Source: a virus. Taken from it: a stretch of DNA of 64,000 bases. The notes below the pieces were generated by a model. That model had not been told where the DNA came from. It was given only the letters and a program-made list of their open reading frames with translations, and made no database searches. The DNA is taken from IMG/VR virus record IMGVR_UViG_3300044655_001100, positions 32,187 to 96,186 of that record; one strand, written 5' to 3'. Made by a program: the position numbers and the translations under genes. Shown piece after piece: positions 37,830 to 48,032 of this stretch (its first letter is position 1; each line of letters opens with the position of its first letter).

Positions 37830-38184
37830 CATTTTGCGCGGCATTGTTAGCGCCTCGCCGCAATCCCGCATTGATGGCTTATTCTATTGCGCCTCATGCT
37901 ATTGGATATTATCGCAGAGCTATTGCTTCATATCTTTGCTTCACAAAAAGCAAGTAAGCATTTTTCCAGAGGAATGCTCCCTATCCCTATTAGAGAAAAG
38001 GGCCACCCTACCAACCTTTTTTTATTTTATGTGGGGAGCTAGGAGCGCAGCGAGGACTCGCCAGGCCATGAACCAACTTTTTAATTCATTGTAAACAAAC
38101 CATTTGAAAAGTCCAAAATAAAAAGCTATTATACAAAACGAAAGTGCCTTGGAGTCCCACCCAAAATTTTCCCTATAACTTTAG

Positions 38185-39831
38185 ATGAATGTCAACTACA
38201 TGATAGAACAGATTAGGTTACATGAGGGTGATTGTTTGGTTGTCTTGGCTGGTATTGCTGAGGATAGTGTTGATGCTGTTGTTACTGATCCGCCGTATGA
38301 GTTAGGATTTATGGGTAAGTCCTGGGATGACAGTGGGATTGCGTTTTGCCCGGATACATGGCGACAGGTATTGAGGGTGATGAAGCCAGGGGCTCATCTT
38401 GTGGCGTTTGGTGCGCCGAAGAATTATCATCGCTTGGCATGTGCGATTGAGGATGCTGGCTTTGAGATACGTGATAGCTTGATGTGGGTGTTTGGCACTG
38501 GTTTCCCGAAGAGCGCTAATGTCTCGAAGCAGATTGATAAGGCTGCTGGGGCAGAGCGTGAGGTGGTTGGGTTTAGAAATCCTTCTGGATCGGCAGTTGC
38601 GGGAAACGTAGAGCGTGATCATTCAGGATCTCATATATGGACTGGTCGTCTTACAAGTGAAAATGGAATAACAGATGACGCTAAAAATTGGCAAGGCTGG
38701 GGAACAGCGCTTAAACCTGCGTATGAGCCAATCGTCCTTGCACGAAAGCCGTTAAGCGAAAAGACTGTTGCTGCGAATGTCCTGCGCTGGGGAACTGGCG
38801 CATTGAATATTGATGCGACTAGGGTTGAGACTAACCCAGAAGTTGATGACCCTAGACTTGGTGGCAAGGGCTCATGGAAAACAGATAAGGCCGCTAAGAA
38901 TGTTTATGAAGGTGGCTATGCCGGAAAAGAGATAGCGTCATCATCATTGGGCCGCTGGCCAGCTAATCTCTGCCACGATGGAAGTCAGATGGTTTTAGAT
39001 TTGTTTCCGTATTCAAAAAGCACTGGTGGCGATGGCTACAGAAACTCTATGTTTTGCGGCGGCAAGAAAACTGGCGGTCACGGATTAGGCGACGAAGGCT
39101 CAGCAGCCCGTTTCTTTGCTTCATTTAAACAGGATTATGGACAATGGCTAGGCCAAAGCCTCCAGCAATCGCCTGTGAGCGATGTGGAACACTATTCATC
39201 CCTGCAAAGCGAAGCCGCCGCTTCTGCTCTAAGTCTTGCAGTGGAAGCGCCAACGCCGCGATTGGTGCTGAGAAACATAAGCTGCCCGGAACAAAATACG
39301 AGCGTCTCGGAGACGCAATTAAAGAGCGTATGCGAGTTCGTTACTACAGCGATGACGACTTTAGAAAAAAGGTTCTTGCAAGGGCTGCCGCCAGAAAGGC
39401 TTTCCCTATCGGACAGCCATGCCAGTATTGTGGCAATCCAAGAGCCGACAGGCATCATCACGATTACGATAAGCCTATTGAAATTGAATGGATTTGCCGA
39501 AGCTGCCACGTTGCGCACCATAGAGAGGAGCGCGGAACATGGGGGCGGGGATTTAGCTGCACATAAACGCTTTCATTACAGCGCCAAGGCAAGCAAGACA
39601 GATAGAGCCGGAAGCAAACATCCTACAGTTAAACCTGTCAGCCTAATGCAATGGCTAGTTAGAATGGTTACGCCACCCAATGGAACCGTATTGGATTTAT
39701 TTGCTGGCAGCGGCACTACAGGACAGGCTGCTATTAATGAAGGATTTAATGCTATATTAATTGAAAGAGAAGCAGAGTATATTAATGATATTAAAAACAG
39801 ATTATCATTAAAGATTAAAGAAGCAGTATAG
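38185..39831 (+). CDS. N6-adenine/N4-cytosine DNA methyltransferase (beta class) with ~150-aa insert
   Basis: VTDPPY, GRWPAN, SAARFF, HPTVKP, VLDLFAGSGTTG. Confidence 0.92.
   Translation: MNVNYMIEQIRLHEGDCLVVLAGIAEDSVDAVVTDPPYELGFMGKSWDDSGIAFCPDTWRQVLRVMKPGAHLVAFGAPKNYHRLACAIEDAGFEIRDSLMWVFGTGFPKSANVSKQIDKAAGAEREVVGFRNPSGSAVAGNVERDHSGSHIWTGRLTSENGITDDAKNWQGWGTALKPAYEPIVLARKPLSEKTVAANVLRWGTGALNIDATRVETNPEVDDPRLGGKGSWKTDKAAKNVYEGGYAGKEIASSSLGRWPANLCHDGSQMVLDLFPYSKSTGGDGYRNSMFCGGKKTGGHGLGDEGSAARFFASFKQDYGQWLGQSLQQSPVSDVEHYSSLQSEAAASALSLAVEAPTPRLVLRNISCPEQNTSVSETQLKSVCEFVTTAMTTLEKRFLQGLPPERLSLSDSHASIVAIQEPTGIITITISLLKLNGFAEAATLRTIERSAEHGGGDLAAHKRFHYSAKASKTDRAGSKHPTVKPVSLMQWLVRMVTPPNGTVLDLFAGSGTTGQAAINEGFNAILIEREAEYINDIKNRLSLKIKEAV
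39144..39566 (+). CDS. HNH endonuclease nested out of frame in the MTase
   Basis: CERCG..F.......FCS.SC; CQYCG.....HH.DY.KP....W.CRSCH..HH; AGGA 9 nt upstream. Confidence 0.85.
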   Translation: MARPKPPAIACERCGTLFIPAKRSRRFCSKSCSGSANAAIGAEKHKLPGTKYERLGDAIKERMRVRYYSDDDFRKKVLARAAARKAFPIGQPCQYCGNPRADRHHHDYDKPIEIEWICRSCHVAHHREERGTWGRGFSCT

Positions 39832-39833
39832 TT

Positions 39834-41588
39834 ATGGCTTTAAATCGAGCAAAGTTAGTAAGGGCTTATAAGGCTAAGTTAGAGCTTAATAAGCGTGGCT
39901 TACGGGAGCGGCTTGAGAAGAGCTTTAGTGAATTTGTACAGGAAGCATGGCCAGTATTGGAACCCGCCCAGCCTCTTATGTGGGGTAAGGTGATGGAGAT
40001 GGTATGTGACCATTTGGAAGCTGTACGGGATAAGGAGATTACTCGTCTTATCGTGAATATCCCTCCGGGGTTTTCGAAGTCTACGATGTTTGGGGTTATG
40101 TTCCCGGCTTGGATATTTACGACGGAGCCGACGGCGAAGATTTTGTCGGTTGCGCATAACTTGGATTTGGCTCTGAGAGATAGTGTGCGCTGTAGACGGC
40201 TTATTCAGAGTGAGTGGTACCAGGGACTCTGGCCGCATGTGAAGTTGGCGGGTGATCAGAACGCCAAGGCTAAGTTTGAGATTGAGGGGTCGGGAGGGTT
40301 TCGTCAGGCGCTAGCTTCGGGAGCTATCACGGGTGTCCGTGCGGATCATGTGATTATTGATGATCCCTTGTCGGCAACGGACGCTATGTCTGAAGCTATA
40401 CGAAATAGTATGAAGGACTGGATTTTAGAAGCTGTCCCTACTCGACTGAATAATCCTGGTGGCGAAAATCCTTCTACGATTAGTCTCATAATGCAGAGGC
40501 TCCACGAGGAAGATTCAACTGGCGTATTGCTGGATAGAAATCTGGGCTATCAGCATCTTTGCCTTCCAATGGAATATGATCCGGCTCGGCATTGCCAGAC
40601 AATTATTGGAGGCGATTGGCGTACGGAAGAGGGTGAATTACTCTTTGAGGAAAGATTTCCAAGAGAGGTCGTGGAGAGAGATAAACATGCGCTCGGCCCT
40701 TGGGCTACCGCCTCTCAGTTCCAGCAATCGCCAAGTCCTAGGGGCGGGGGATTAATCCTAAGAGACTGGTGGGGATTATACGACGACGAACTCGCTAAAG
40801 AGCAAGGGGTGCGGGATGCTAATAAATACCCCCCGATGGATCTCATCATCTGCTCAGTAGATACCGCCTATACCACTAAACAGGAAAATGATGCATCAGC
40901 TATAAGTGTTTGGGGTGTATGGCAAAAGAGCGGCGGCCAAGCCAGAAAAATCATCTCCTCGTATGCTAACGAAAGTTTGCAAAGAAACGGTAATGTCGTT
41001 GATATGTTTGGCAACCCAATTGAGGTGGTGGACGAACGAGATACCATCCCCTGCGCTATGCTCATGTATTCCAAAGAACTTAGAGTGAATATGCATGGCG
41101 AAGATCCCAAGCAGATGGAAGGGGAATCTATCTCCGACTTCCGTCGCAGAGCCGAAAGCCAGTGGGGGCTCGTACAACATATCGCTGATATCTGCCGGAA
41201 ATATAACGTTGATGTCGTACTGATCGAAGCTAAAGCGAACGGTATCTCCGTCGCACAGGAAATTAAAAGAATTTATAAAACGGCAAATTGGAACGTAAAA
41301 TTAATAAATCCGGGCAATCAAGACAAGGTTGCGAGAGTTTATAGTGTGCAGCCCCTCTTCTCCAATAACCAAGTTTATGCCCCCGATAAAGACTGGGCAG
41401 ATAAACTCATTACCCAAGTATCTGTTTTCCCTCGCGGTAAACATGACGACTTAGTGGATAGTATGAGCCAAGCCCTTCGCTGGCTAAGAGATCAAGGCAT
41501 GTTAATGCGGCCAGAGGAAATTGGATCTAGAATATCTGAAGACATGCTGAGCGGCAGGAAAAACACCCGACCAGTCTACGATGTGTAA
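39834..41588 (+). CDS. terL: Terminase large subunit
   Basis: VNIPPGFSKS, IIDDP, IMQRLHEED, SVDTAY, IEAKANG, DKVAR, FP.GKHDDLVDS. Confidence 0.95.
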   Translation: MALNRAKLVRAYKAKLELNKRGLRERLEKSFSEFVQEAWPVLEPAQPLMWGKVMEMVCDHLEAVRDKEITRLIVNIPPGFSKSTMFGVMFPAWIFTTEPTAKILSVAHNLDLALRDSVRCRRLIQSEWYQGLWPHVKLAGDQNAKAKFEIEGSGGFRQALASGAITGVRADHVIIDDPLSATDAMSEAIRNSMKDWILEAVPTRLNNPGGENPSTISLIMQRLHEEDSTGVLLDRNLGYQHLCLPMEYDPARHCQTIIGGDWRTEEGELLFEERFPREVVERDKHALGPWATASQFQQSPSPRGGGLILRDWWGLYDDELAKEQGVRDANKYPPMDLIICSVDTAYTTKQENDASAISVWGVWQKSGGQARKIISSYANESLQRNGNVVDMFGNPIEVVDERDTIPCAMLMYSKELRVNMHGEDPKQMEGESISDFRRRAESQWGLVQHIADICRKYNVDVVLIEAKANGISVAQEIKRIYKTANWNVKLINPGNQDKVARVYSVQPLFSNNQVYAPDKDWADKLITQVSVFPRGKHDDLVDSMSQALRWLRDQGMLMRPEEIGSRISEDMLSGRKNTRPVYDV

Positions 41589-41665
41589 TTAGCCATCCAC
41601 TTGCCAAAACGCATAAAACTCGGTTAATATAAACTGAGAATAAGTGTAATTTTCGGGCTTGAGAA

Positions 41666-41878
41666 ATGCTGACCATACAGGACCTCCATAGCAGGTCCCA
41701 TGAGATCAAACACAGGCTTGATCAGCTTTTTCAAGAAATGGAACACGACGGCTGCTTTATCCTGACCTACGAGAAGGCCACGGAAATTGTTACGCTTTTG
41801 ATGGAAGCAAAAACATTAAGTAATAGAATTGGTTATCATTCTATACTAACTTCTGAGCCCTGTTCTGGGCCGCATTAG
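41666..41878 (+). CDS. Hypothetical protein
   Basis: ORF between terL and portal. Confidence 0.45.
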   Translation: MLTIQDLHSRSHEIKHRLDQLFQEMEHDGCFILTYEKATEIVTLLMEAKTLSNRIGYHSILTSEPCSGPH

Positions 41879-41930
41879 TGCAATAATTGCACTCCCTTTA
41901 TAAGCGCCAAAAGCGCCAAGGAAAAGTTTC

Positions 41931-44300
41931 ATGGACGATCCTCGTTTTATCCGACAGCCAGAAATAGAATCCCCTGAGAAGCCCAAGGGAGAGGTTGTCG
42001 ATTTAGGCGACGGAAACGATATTGTTAAACTTAAGCCAGATGCTTTGGTAATTGATCTGCCAGATGGCAAAGTCACGATTAATTTTGGCGGTTTGGCAGA
42101 TTTGCCCCCAGAAGGCGCCAACGACCACGACGCTAACCTAGCTATTTATTTGGATGAAGGTACGCTGGGCGGCATTACCGACGAGTTGCTTCGTTTAATA
42201 ACTGACGATACGACACGCCAAGAACAAAGACTGCAAGACGTTGTTAAGGGAATTGATCTTTTAGGAATTAAACTTGAAGAGCCAAAATCTGAGCCGAATG
42301 AAGAAGGCATCAGCGTAATTAAGCATCCATTATTATTGGAGGCAGTATTAAGGTTTCAAGCAAACGCAAGAGGTGAATTGCTTTCTGCTGATGGACCAGT
42401 AAAAGTTAAAAACGAAGGCGATGGGACGCAGGAATTAGATTTAGATGCTCAGCAACTTGAAAGCGATTTTAATCACTATCTTACTTCAGGCGCTCCTGAA
42501 TACTACCCTGATTTTGACCGAATGCTTTTTTCGCTTGGTCATGGTGGTGAGGCGTACAAAAAGGTGTATTGGCATCCACTTAAGCGCCGTCCAGTATCTG
42601 AGACAATAGACCGCAAGGATATTATTTTATCCGATGGCGCAGTGAGTTTAGAATCCTGCGCACGTATTACGCATCGCTGCAGAATGCGCCCTTCAGTTGT
42701 CAAGCAAATGCAGCTTGCTGGAGCATGGAGAGACGTATCTCTAACAACTGGTTTGCTTATGCCAGATCTAAATGTTGTAGATCGTAAGCTAGAAGAGATT
42801 GCTGGCATACAGCCAAAGTTAAACTTAACATCAGAAGACACTGATCGTGAGATCTATGAGTGTTACTGTGAGTTAGACCTTAAAGGTTATGAACACGAAG
42901 AAGACGGAGAACAGACTGGTTTGGCAATTCCCTATCGGGTGACGATAGACAAAGACAGCCGTCAGGTTCTGGAAATTCGCAGATGGTGGGAAGAGGGAGA
43001 TCCGTCATATGTGCGAAAAGAAGTCTTTGTTGAATATGTATTTGTTCCAGCCTTTCCTGGCGTTAACCTTGGTCTGCTTCATATTTTGGGAAATGCTAGT
43101 CGTGCTCTCACGGCTGCTTGGCGAATTGCTCTTGATAATGGGATGCTGGCTAATTTTCCTGGTGGAATCATGGCTCGGTCCACAGGTAAGCAACAGACAA
43201 CCAATATCAGAGTTGGCCCTGGCCAAGTGGCGCCGATGGATGTTGATGGTGTTCCACTTAATCAAGCCTTTATGCCGCTTCCGTACAGAGACGTAACGGG
43301 TGGCTTCATGCAGATCATCCAGAACGTGGATCAGGCTGCACGACAATTAGGCGGTACCGCTGAGACTGCAGTCGGTGAGGGGCGTAATGATGCCCCTGTC
43401 GGAACGACGATTGCTCTTATTGAACAGTCTCAGAAAGTATTAAACGCTGTTCATAAGAGGATGCACTGCGCACAACAAAAAGAATTTGCGCTGTTAAAAG
43501 AATTATTCCGGCGAGATCCAGAAGCGCTTTGGAGAAATAATAAAAATCCAAGCTTTGGTAAGGATGTTCAGCGTCTTATGAGCGCCTTGGAGAATAATGA
43601 TATTGTTCCAAAAGCTGATCCTAATACGGCTAGCCATACAATGAGGGTTCAAAAGGCCATAGCTGTTTATACGCTTGCCCAGCAGAACCCATCTGCCTTT
43701 GACCAGAAAGCCGTTTATAACAAGATATTTAGTATGATTGGCATTGACGACGCACAAAATCTATTCAGCAAGGCACCTCCTGGTCCTCCTCCTGTTGATG
43801 AGACGAAGCGTCTTCAAGCTCAAGCTGAGATGGTCTCCGCTCAAGCTAAAATACTGGATGCTTCTGTTAGAGCCCAGACAGCGCAGGCTGAGAGCGGCGT
43901 TAAGATGGCTGGCATCCAAACACAGAATATGGACTCTCTTAACAAGCACAAGGCTAATAAGGCTAAAGCCACGACGGCTATGGTCGAAGCAGCCGGCAAG
44001 CTTAAACTTGAACAGTTGCGCCTAAAGCAGAGCGAACTAGTTCATCACGATAAAATAAAGAAGGACAGTTTATTTAAAGGCTTGGATCTACAAGCCGCTC
44101 AAAAGAATAAACAGTCTGATATGCAGCAAAATAATATGGATATCATGCAGCAGCGTGAGAAAGACGCAATGCAAGCGGCCAAGGAACAAAACCAAGCAGC
44201 TGCGCAACGATTACATGAGGTTAGCTTAGAAAATCAACGGGCTAAAATTGCTCGTGAGAATGATTTTCTATCGCCTCTAGGTGGCGAACCTACTGAATAA
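41931..44300 (+). CDS. Portal protein
   Basis: After terL; HPLL.EAV..FQA, G..YKKVY, APVGTT.ALIE; P22-like coiled-coil tail. Confidence 0.9.
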   Translation: MDDPRFIRQPEIESPEKPKGEVVDLGDGNDIVKLKPDALVIDLPDGKVTINFGGLADLPPEGANDHDANLAIYLDEGTLGGITDELLRLITDDTTRQEQRLQDVVKGIDLLGIKLEEPKSEPNEEGISVIKHPLLLEAVLRFQANARGELLSADGPVKVKNEGDGTQELDLDAQQLESDFNHYLTSGAPEYYPDFDRMLFSLGHGGEAYKKVYWHPLKRRPVSETIDRKDIILSDGAVSLESCARITHRCRMRPSVVKQMQLAGAWRDVSLTTGLLMPDLNVVDRKLEEIAGIQPKLNLTSEDTDREIYECYCELDLKGYEHEEDGEQTGLAIPYRVTIDKDSRQVLEIRRWWEEGDPSYVRKEVFVEYVFVPAFPGVNLGLLHILGNASRALTAAWRIALDNGMLANFPGGIMARSTGKQQTTNIRVGPGQVAPMDVDGVPLNQAFMPLPYRDVTGGFMQIIQNVDQAARQLGGTAETAVGEGRNDAPVGTTIALIEQSQKVLNAVHKRMHCAQQKEFALLKELFRRDPEALWRNNKNPSFGKDVQRLMSALENNDIVPKADPNTASHTMRVQKAIAVYTLAQQNPSAFDQKAVYNKIFSMIGIDDAQNLFSKAPPGPPPVDETKRLQAQAEMVSAQAKILDASVRAQTAQAESGVKMAGIQTQNMDSLNKHKANKAKATTAMVEAAGKLKLEQLRLKQSELVHHDKIKKDSLFKGLDLQAAQKNKQSDMQQNNMDIMQQREKDAMQAAKEQNQAAAQRLHEVSLENQRAKIARENDFLSPLGGEPTE

Positions 44301-44331
44301 AAAACACTAATAGCTGCTTGAGGAATAAGTT

Positions 44332-47300
44332 ATGGACGAAAATATTAAAGCAGCTCTTCGCATAGCCAGGCTTCATCGTGCCTTTGGTGGAGATGCTTAC
44401 GCAGCAAATAACATTGCTTCTGGCATGGCAGATGGCGGATCTGTAAATCGTAACAACTATCAAATGGGTGGTGTACCCATGCCTTCAGCATCAAATCCCA
44501 TGGGGGTGATGCAAGGCCAGACGATGAATAATCAGCCTGGCAATCCCATGAACAGCTTTGGCCAGCAAACACAAAATGGAATTAACGGAGATCCGATTAG
44601 AGATATGGGCTATACGGCTCCTCCGCCATTTGCGACATTAGATAATAATTTACCCCCTCCTCAGCCTGTTCAAGCGCCTGTTCCGAGTTCGTATAATCCG
44701 CTGATGTCTAATACTCCGCCTATGCCAATGGCTGATGGCGGTGAGGTTAAAGATGCTTTGAGATTAGCAAAAAGGACTAATGATAGATTACCAATGCGCC
44801 CTTATGGGCCAAGATATAATCCAGAAACAAATGAATTAAATTCAAAAGATTTAAAGGACATTGGTTATTATGGGCCAATCCGTGACCGTGAAGGCGGTGT
44901 AGCCACAGAATATAGCGGCAATAAAGGTAATTTTTCCTACCCGACTATTCATAAAGGCATGAGTGACGCAGACTTAGCTGCGACAATGATGCATGAAACA
45001 TTGAATAAGCCAAAATATGAAGGCGAAGATATTATTAGTGAAAGATTAAATAAGGCTCAGACAAAGATTCCATTCCCAGAAGATGTAGATCAGAGAGCTT
45101 ATGAAGCTGCACAGAGCAGAGTAGCTGAAGGGCATTCACCTTATTATGAGCCTAGTAAAGATGAATATCCTGCATGGTCTCCAGAACAGCACTGGGATGA
45201 ACCAGCTATTATGCCAAGGGCTGATGGCGGTGTTGCTGACGCTCTTGAACAAACACATGGCAATCATGCTATTCCATTACATGAAGCAATAGCGCGACAT
45301 GGTTATGCAACGGATGGTTCTGTAGAAGAAAAACAAGAAGACAACACTTCTGTTGACAACACTTCTGTTGCGCAACAGGAAGATGAATCCCGTGAAAAAT
45401 TCTTACATAAAGAATTAGAAGGATCTGCTCCGCAATATAATCCTTCTTACGACAAAGCTATTAAAGCAGCGTACCAATACACGCCTCCTGGCGCCGCAAT
45501 GGATGCCGCTGGTATGCTTGGAAATCCAAGTATTAAGGAAAATCTTCAGTCTGGGCGCTATGTTCCGGCTGCTATGCAGGCTGCTGCTGTTGCTATGCCT
45601 CTTGGGTTTGCTGGCCGTAAAGCTGCAACTGCTGGTTTGAAAGCTGGGGCTCAGCAACTTTATAAGCTTGGTAAGCCGGATGTTGTTGGTATGCCAGGAT
45701 ATACAGCTTACAAAACAGTAGAAGATTGGGCTCCGCAAGTTATGGGGCATCAAACTTGGAACGCCGCTAAGAATTATGGGGCTCAAGCTGCAGAAGCTGC
45801 TAGACAGGCTTTAGGATTTGCTAGGGGTGGTTCAACCCCACAGACCCCACGTGATCAGAAATCACAGACCCCGGTATCATCATCTGGCTTTCAAACAACG
45901 CCAAATAAAGAACATCAGATTTCTCCAGAAGAATATAAAAAGGGCAATACTCAAAAATATGAGTATGTTATGGCCCATGGTGGCAGTATTCATCCCGACG
46001 TAAAGAACGCATTGAGTTTAATTGATAGAGAAAACATGGCTGGTGGTGGTGTTAGGAAAGTAAATCCAAATATGGATTACTCTAATTCCATGCGCACCTA
46101 TTATGATTTGGTTAATGCTGGGCATTCTCCTGAAACCGCAGCTGGTATGGTTGGCAACTTTATGGTTGAATCGCCAAGCAAACAGGGTAATCAATTATCA
46201 TTTGGCGAGACGGAAAGAGGCGTAAAACCTGGTACAGGTGGCGCAGGTCTAGCACAATGGACAGGCCCACGCCGTCAAGAATTCCAGAATTTTGCTAAAT
46301 CACAAGGCATGGATTGGCGTACACCGCAAGCCAATACAGCGTTTTTCAGCCATGAGGCGAAAACAAATCCTTGGATTGGCAAGCAATTAGAAAAAGTAGA
46401 AGCTCAACCAACGGCTGGCGCCGCCGCTGAGACGGCTGCTAAGCAATATTTTAGACCAAGAGCTGATGCTTTAAGGAATACGTTGGGCGCTAGAGTTGGT
46501 TATGCTCAGAATGTAGCTGACATTGCTGGCCGTGGTAATCCATTTGGTGGCCAGGCTTTAGCGCAACAGTCAGAACGGGCAAATATGCTTGCTCAAAAAG
46601 AGCAAGAAGCCAAGCTTATGCAGGCTAATTTGCCAAAGGCAGAAGATCAGGCTGCTCCAGCTAAGGCTACCCCAGCGGCATCTGCTGCGCTTACAACAAG
46701 TAGCGTTGATAACAGTGCTTCTAATCAGCCTGCTATGAATTTTGCTCCTCCTCAACAACAAGCAGCCCCAGTAGCTGCGCCAAATGAGGAAAGCACACAA
46801 AACTTTTTAAAATCTCAAATGAATGCGCCAGAGCCACAGGAGCAAGCGCAGCCTCAACCTGCACAAGCAGAAGCTCCTAAAATGGAAGTTCCAGAGCCAG
46901 CTGCTGCGCAAGTAGAAGCGCCAGAGCCGATGATGCCAGAGCCTCCAGAAAATAATATGGATATGGCCGATAATTCTGCACCAGAAATGCCAAACTTTGA
47001 TATGGCTGCTGATGGTGGGGCTATTAAGCCAAAATATCATTCTGATGAGAGTGAAACAGCTAAAGAATTATTAAATCATGCTCTTAAATTAGCTTCTGGT
47101 GGTGGTGCTTGGACACGCAAGGAAGGCAAGAATCCAAATGGTGGGTTAAATGCCAAGGGCCGTGCATCATTAAAAGCGCAGGGGCATGACATTAAACCAC
47201 CTGCACCACACCCAAAAACAGAAAAAGACGCAGGAAGACGTAAATCATTTTGCGCAAGAATGTCCGGTATGCCTGGGCCTATGAAAGATGACAACGGAAA

Positions 47301-47508
47301 ACCCACCCGTAAGGCATTATCTTTAAGAGCTTGGAACTGTCATGCTGATGGCGGTGAAGTTTGGGATAAACCAAGACCAAAAGATTTAGGAAAACCGAAA
47401 CACTTATCGGATAGCCAAAAATCAAAAGCCAAAGCAGCTGCTAAAGCCGCTGGTCGTCCTTATCCAAATTTAATTGACAACATGAGAGCGGCTAAAAAGA
47501 ATAAGTAA
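44332..47508 (+). CDS. Modular virion-internal polyprotein-like ORF with phage tail lysozyme-like domain (~46090-46530) and DUF6321-like module (47107-47340)
   Basis: AAGMVGNFMVES...GLAQWTGPRR; AWTRKEGKNP.GGLN.KGRAS...RRKSFCARM...WNC; about 12 xAxGG-type motifs. Confidence 0.75.
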   Translation: MDENIKAALRIARLHRAFGGDAYAANNIASGMADGGSVNRNNYQMGGVPMPSASNPMGVMQGQTMNNQPGNPMNSFGQQTQNGINGDPIRDMGYTAPPPFATLDNNLPPPQPVQAPVPSSYNPLMSNTPPMPMADGGEVKDALRLAKRTNDRLPMRPYGPRYNPETNELNSKDLKDIGYYGPIRDREGGVATEYSGNKGNFSYPTIHKGMSDADLAATMMHETLNKPKYEGEDIISERLNKAQTKIPFPEDVDQRAYEAAQSRVAEGHSPYYEPSKDEYPAWSPEQHWDEPAIMPRADGGVADALEQTHGNHAIPLHEAIARHGYATDGSVEEKQEDNTSVDNTSVAQQEDESREKFLHKELEGSAPQYNPSYDKAIKAAYQYTPPGAAMDAAGMLGNPSIKENLQSGRYVPAAMQAAAVAMPLGFAGRKAATAGLKAGAQQLYKLGKPDVVGMPGYTAYKTVEDWAPQVMGHQTWNAAKNYGAQAAEAARQALGFARGGSTPQTPRDQKSQTPVSSSGFQTTPNKEHQISPEEYKKGNTQKYEYVMAHGGSIHPDVKNALSLIDRENMAGGGVRKVNPNMDYSNSMRTYYDLVNAGHSPETAAGMVGNFMVESPSKQGNQLSFGETERGVKPGTGGAGLAQWTGPRRQEFQNFAKSQGMDWRTPQANTAFFSHEAKTNPWIGKQLEKVEAQPTAGAAAETAAKQYFRPRADALRNTLGARVGYAQNVADIAGRGNPFGGQALAQQSERANMLAQKEQEAKLMQANLPKAEDQAAPAKATPAASAALTTSSVDNSASNQPAMNFAPPQQQAAPVAAPNEESTQNFLKSQMNAPEPQEQAQPQPAQAEAPKMEVPEPAAAQVEAPEPMMPEPPENNMDMADNSAPEMPNFDMAADGGAIKPKYHSDESETAKELLNHALKLASGGGAWTRKEGKNPNGGLNAKGRASLKAQGHDIKPPAPHPKTEKDAGRRKSFCARMSGMPGPMKDDNGKPTRKALSLRAWNCHADGGEVWDKPRPKDLGKPKHLSDSQKSKAKAAAKAAGRPYPNLIDNMRAAKKNK

Positions 47509-47651
47509 ATGGATTTTAAGGAATCTAAGACTTATTTATTAATATTTATAGTATTTGTAATTATAGGAACGTTATTATCTTTTAATATTGAGGATCAAAT
47601 TGTATATACAGACGATTATATTAAGATGAGAGACGAATAACGGTAGGATAA

Positions 47652-47858
47652 ATGCTCCCATCTGACGAAACCACACGCAAAAAATGGTTTTCGTTGGTGG
47701 TTAAGTATTGGTTATTGCACCATTCAGCTGATGCAATCATCATGTATGCGGTTTGTCACCGTATGCCGATGGGAAAAAAGGATGTTTTAGAGATTATTCG
47801 CAAATATGTTGATAGCCAGACGGAAAATAATACCTATGGCAAGAAAAAAACGACTTGA
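47652..47858 (+). CDS. Hypothetical protein
   Basis: AGGA RBS. Confidence 0.45.
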   Translation: MLPSDETTRKKWFSLVVKYWLLHHSADAIIMYAVCHRMPMGKKDVLEIIRKYVDSQTENNTYGKKKTT

Positions 47859-48032
47859 TTTTTCTAAATATTGATAATCTTACGGTTTCGGAGTAAAATA
47901 AATTGCATTTTTGTCAATTTTTGACGCACTGCCTTGCGCTAAGGCGGTTCATCGCTACTAATTGGCCATTAGTGGTATAAAAAATCCTATAAAAAGCTTT
48001 GTAGGTATCTGAAAATCCTAGGAATTAACGTC

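Noticed and set aside
39120-39575. Intein in the N6/N4 MTase
   Set aside because: No N-terminal C/S block or C-terminal HN-[CST]; the endonuclease is in a different frame
40920-41170. Intein or intron in terL
   Set aside because: The extra segments lack splicing motifs and look like ordinary loop insertions
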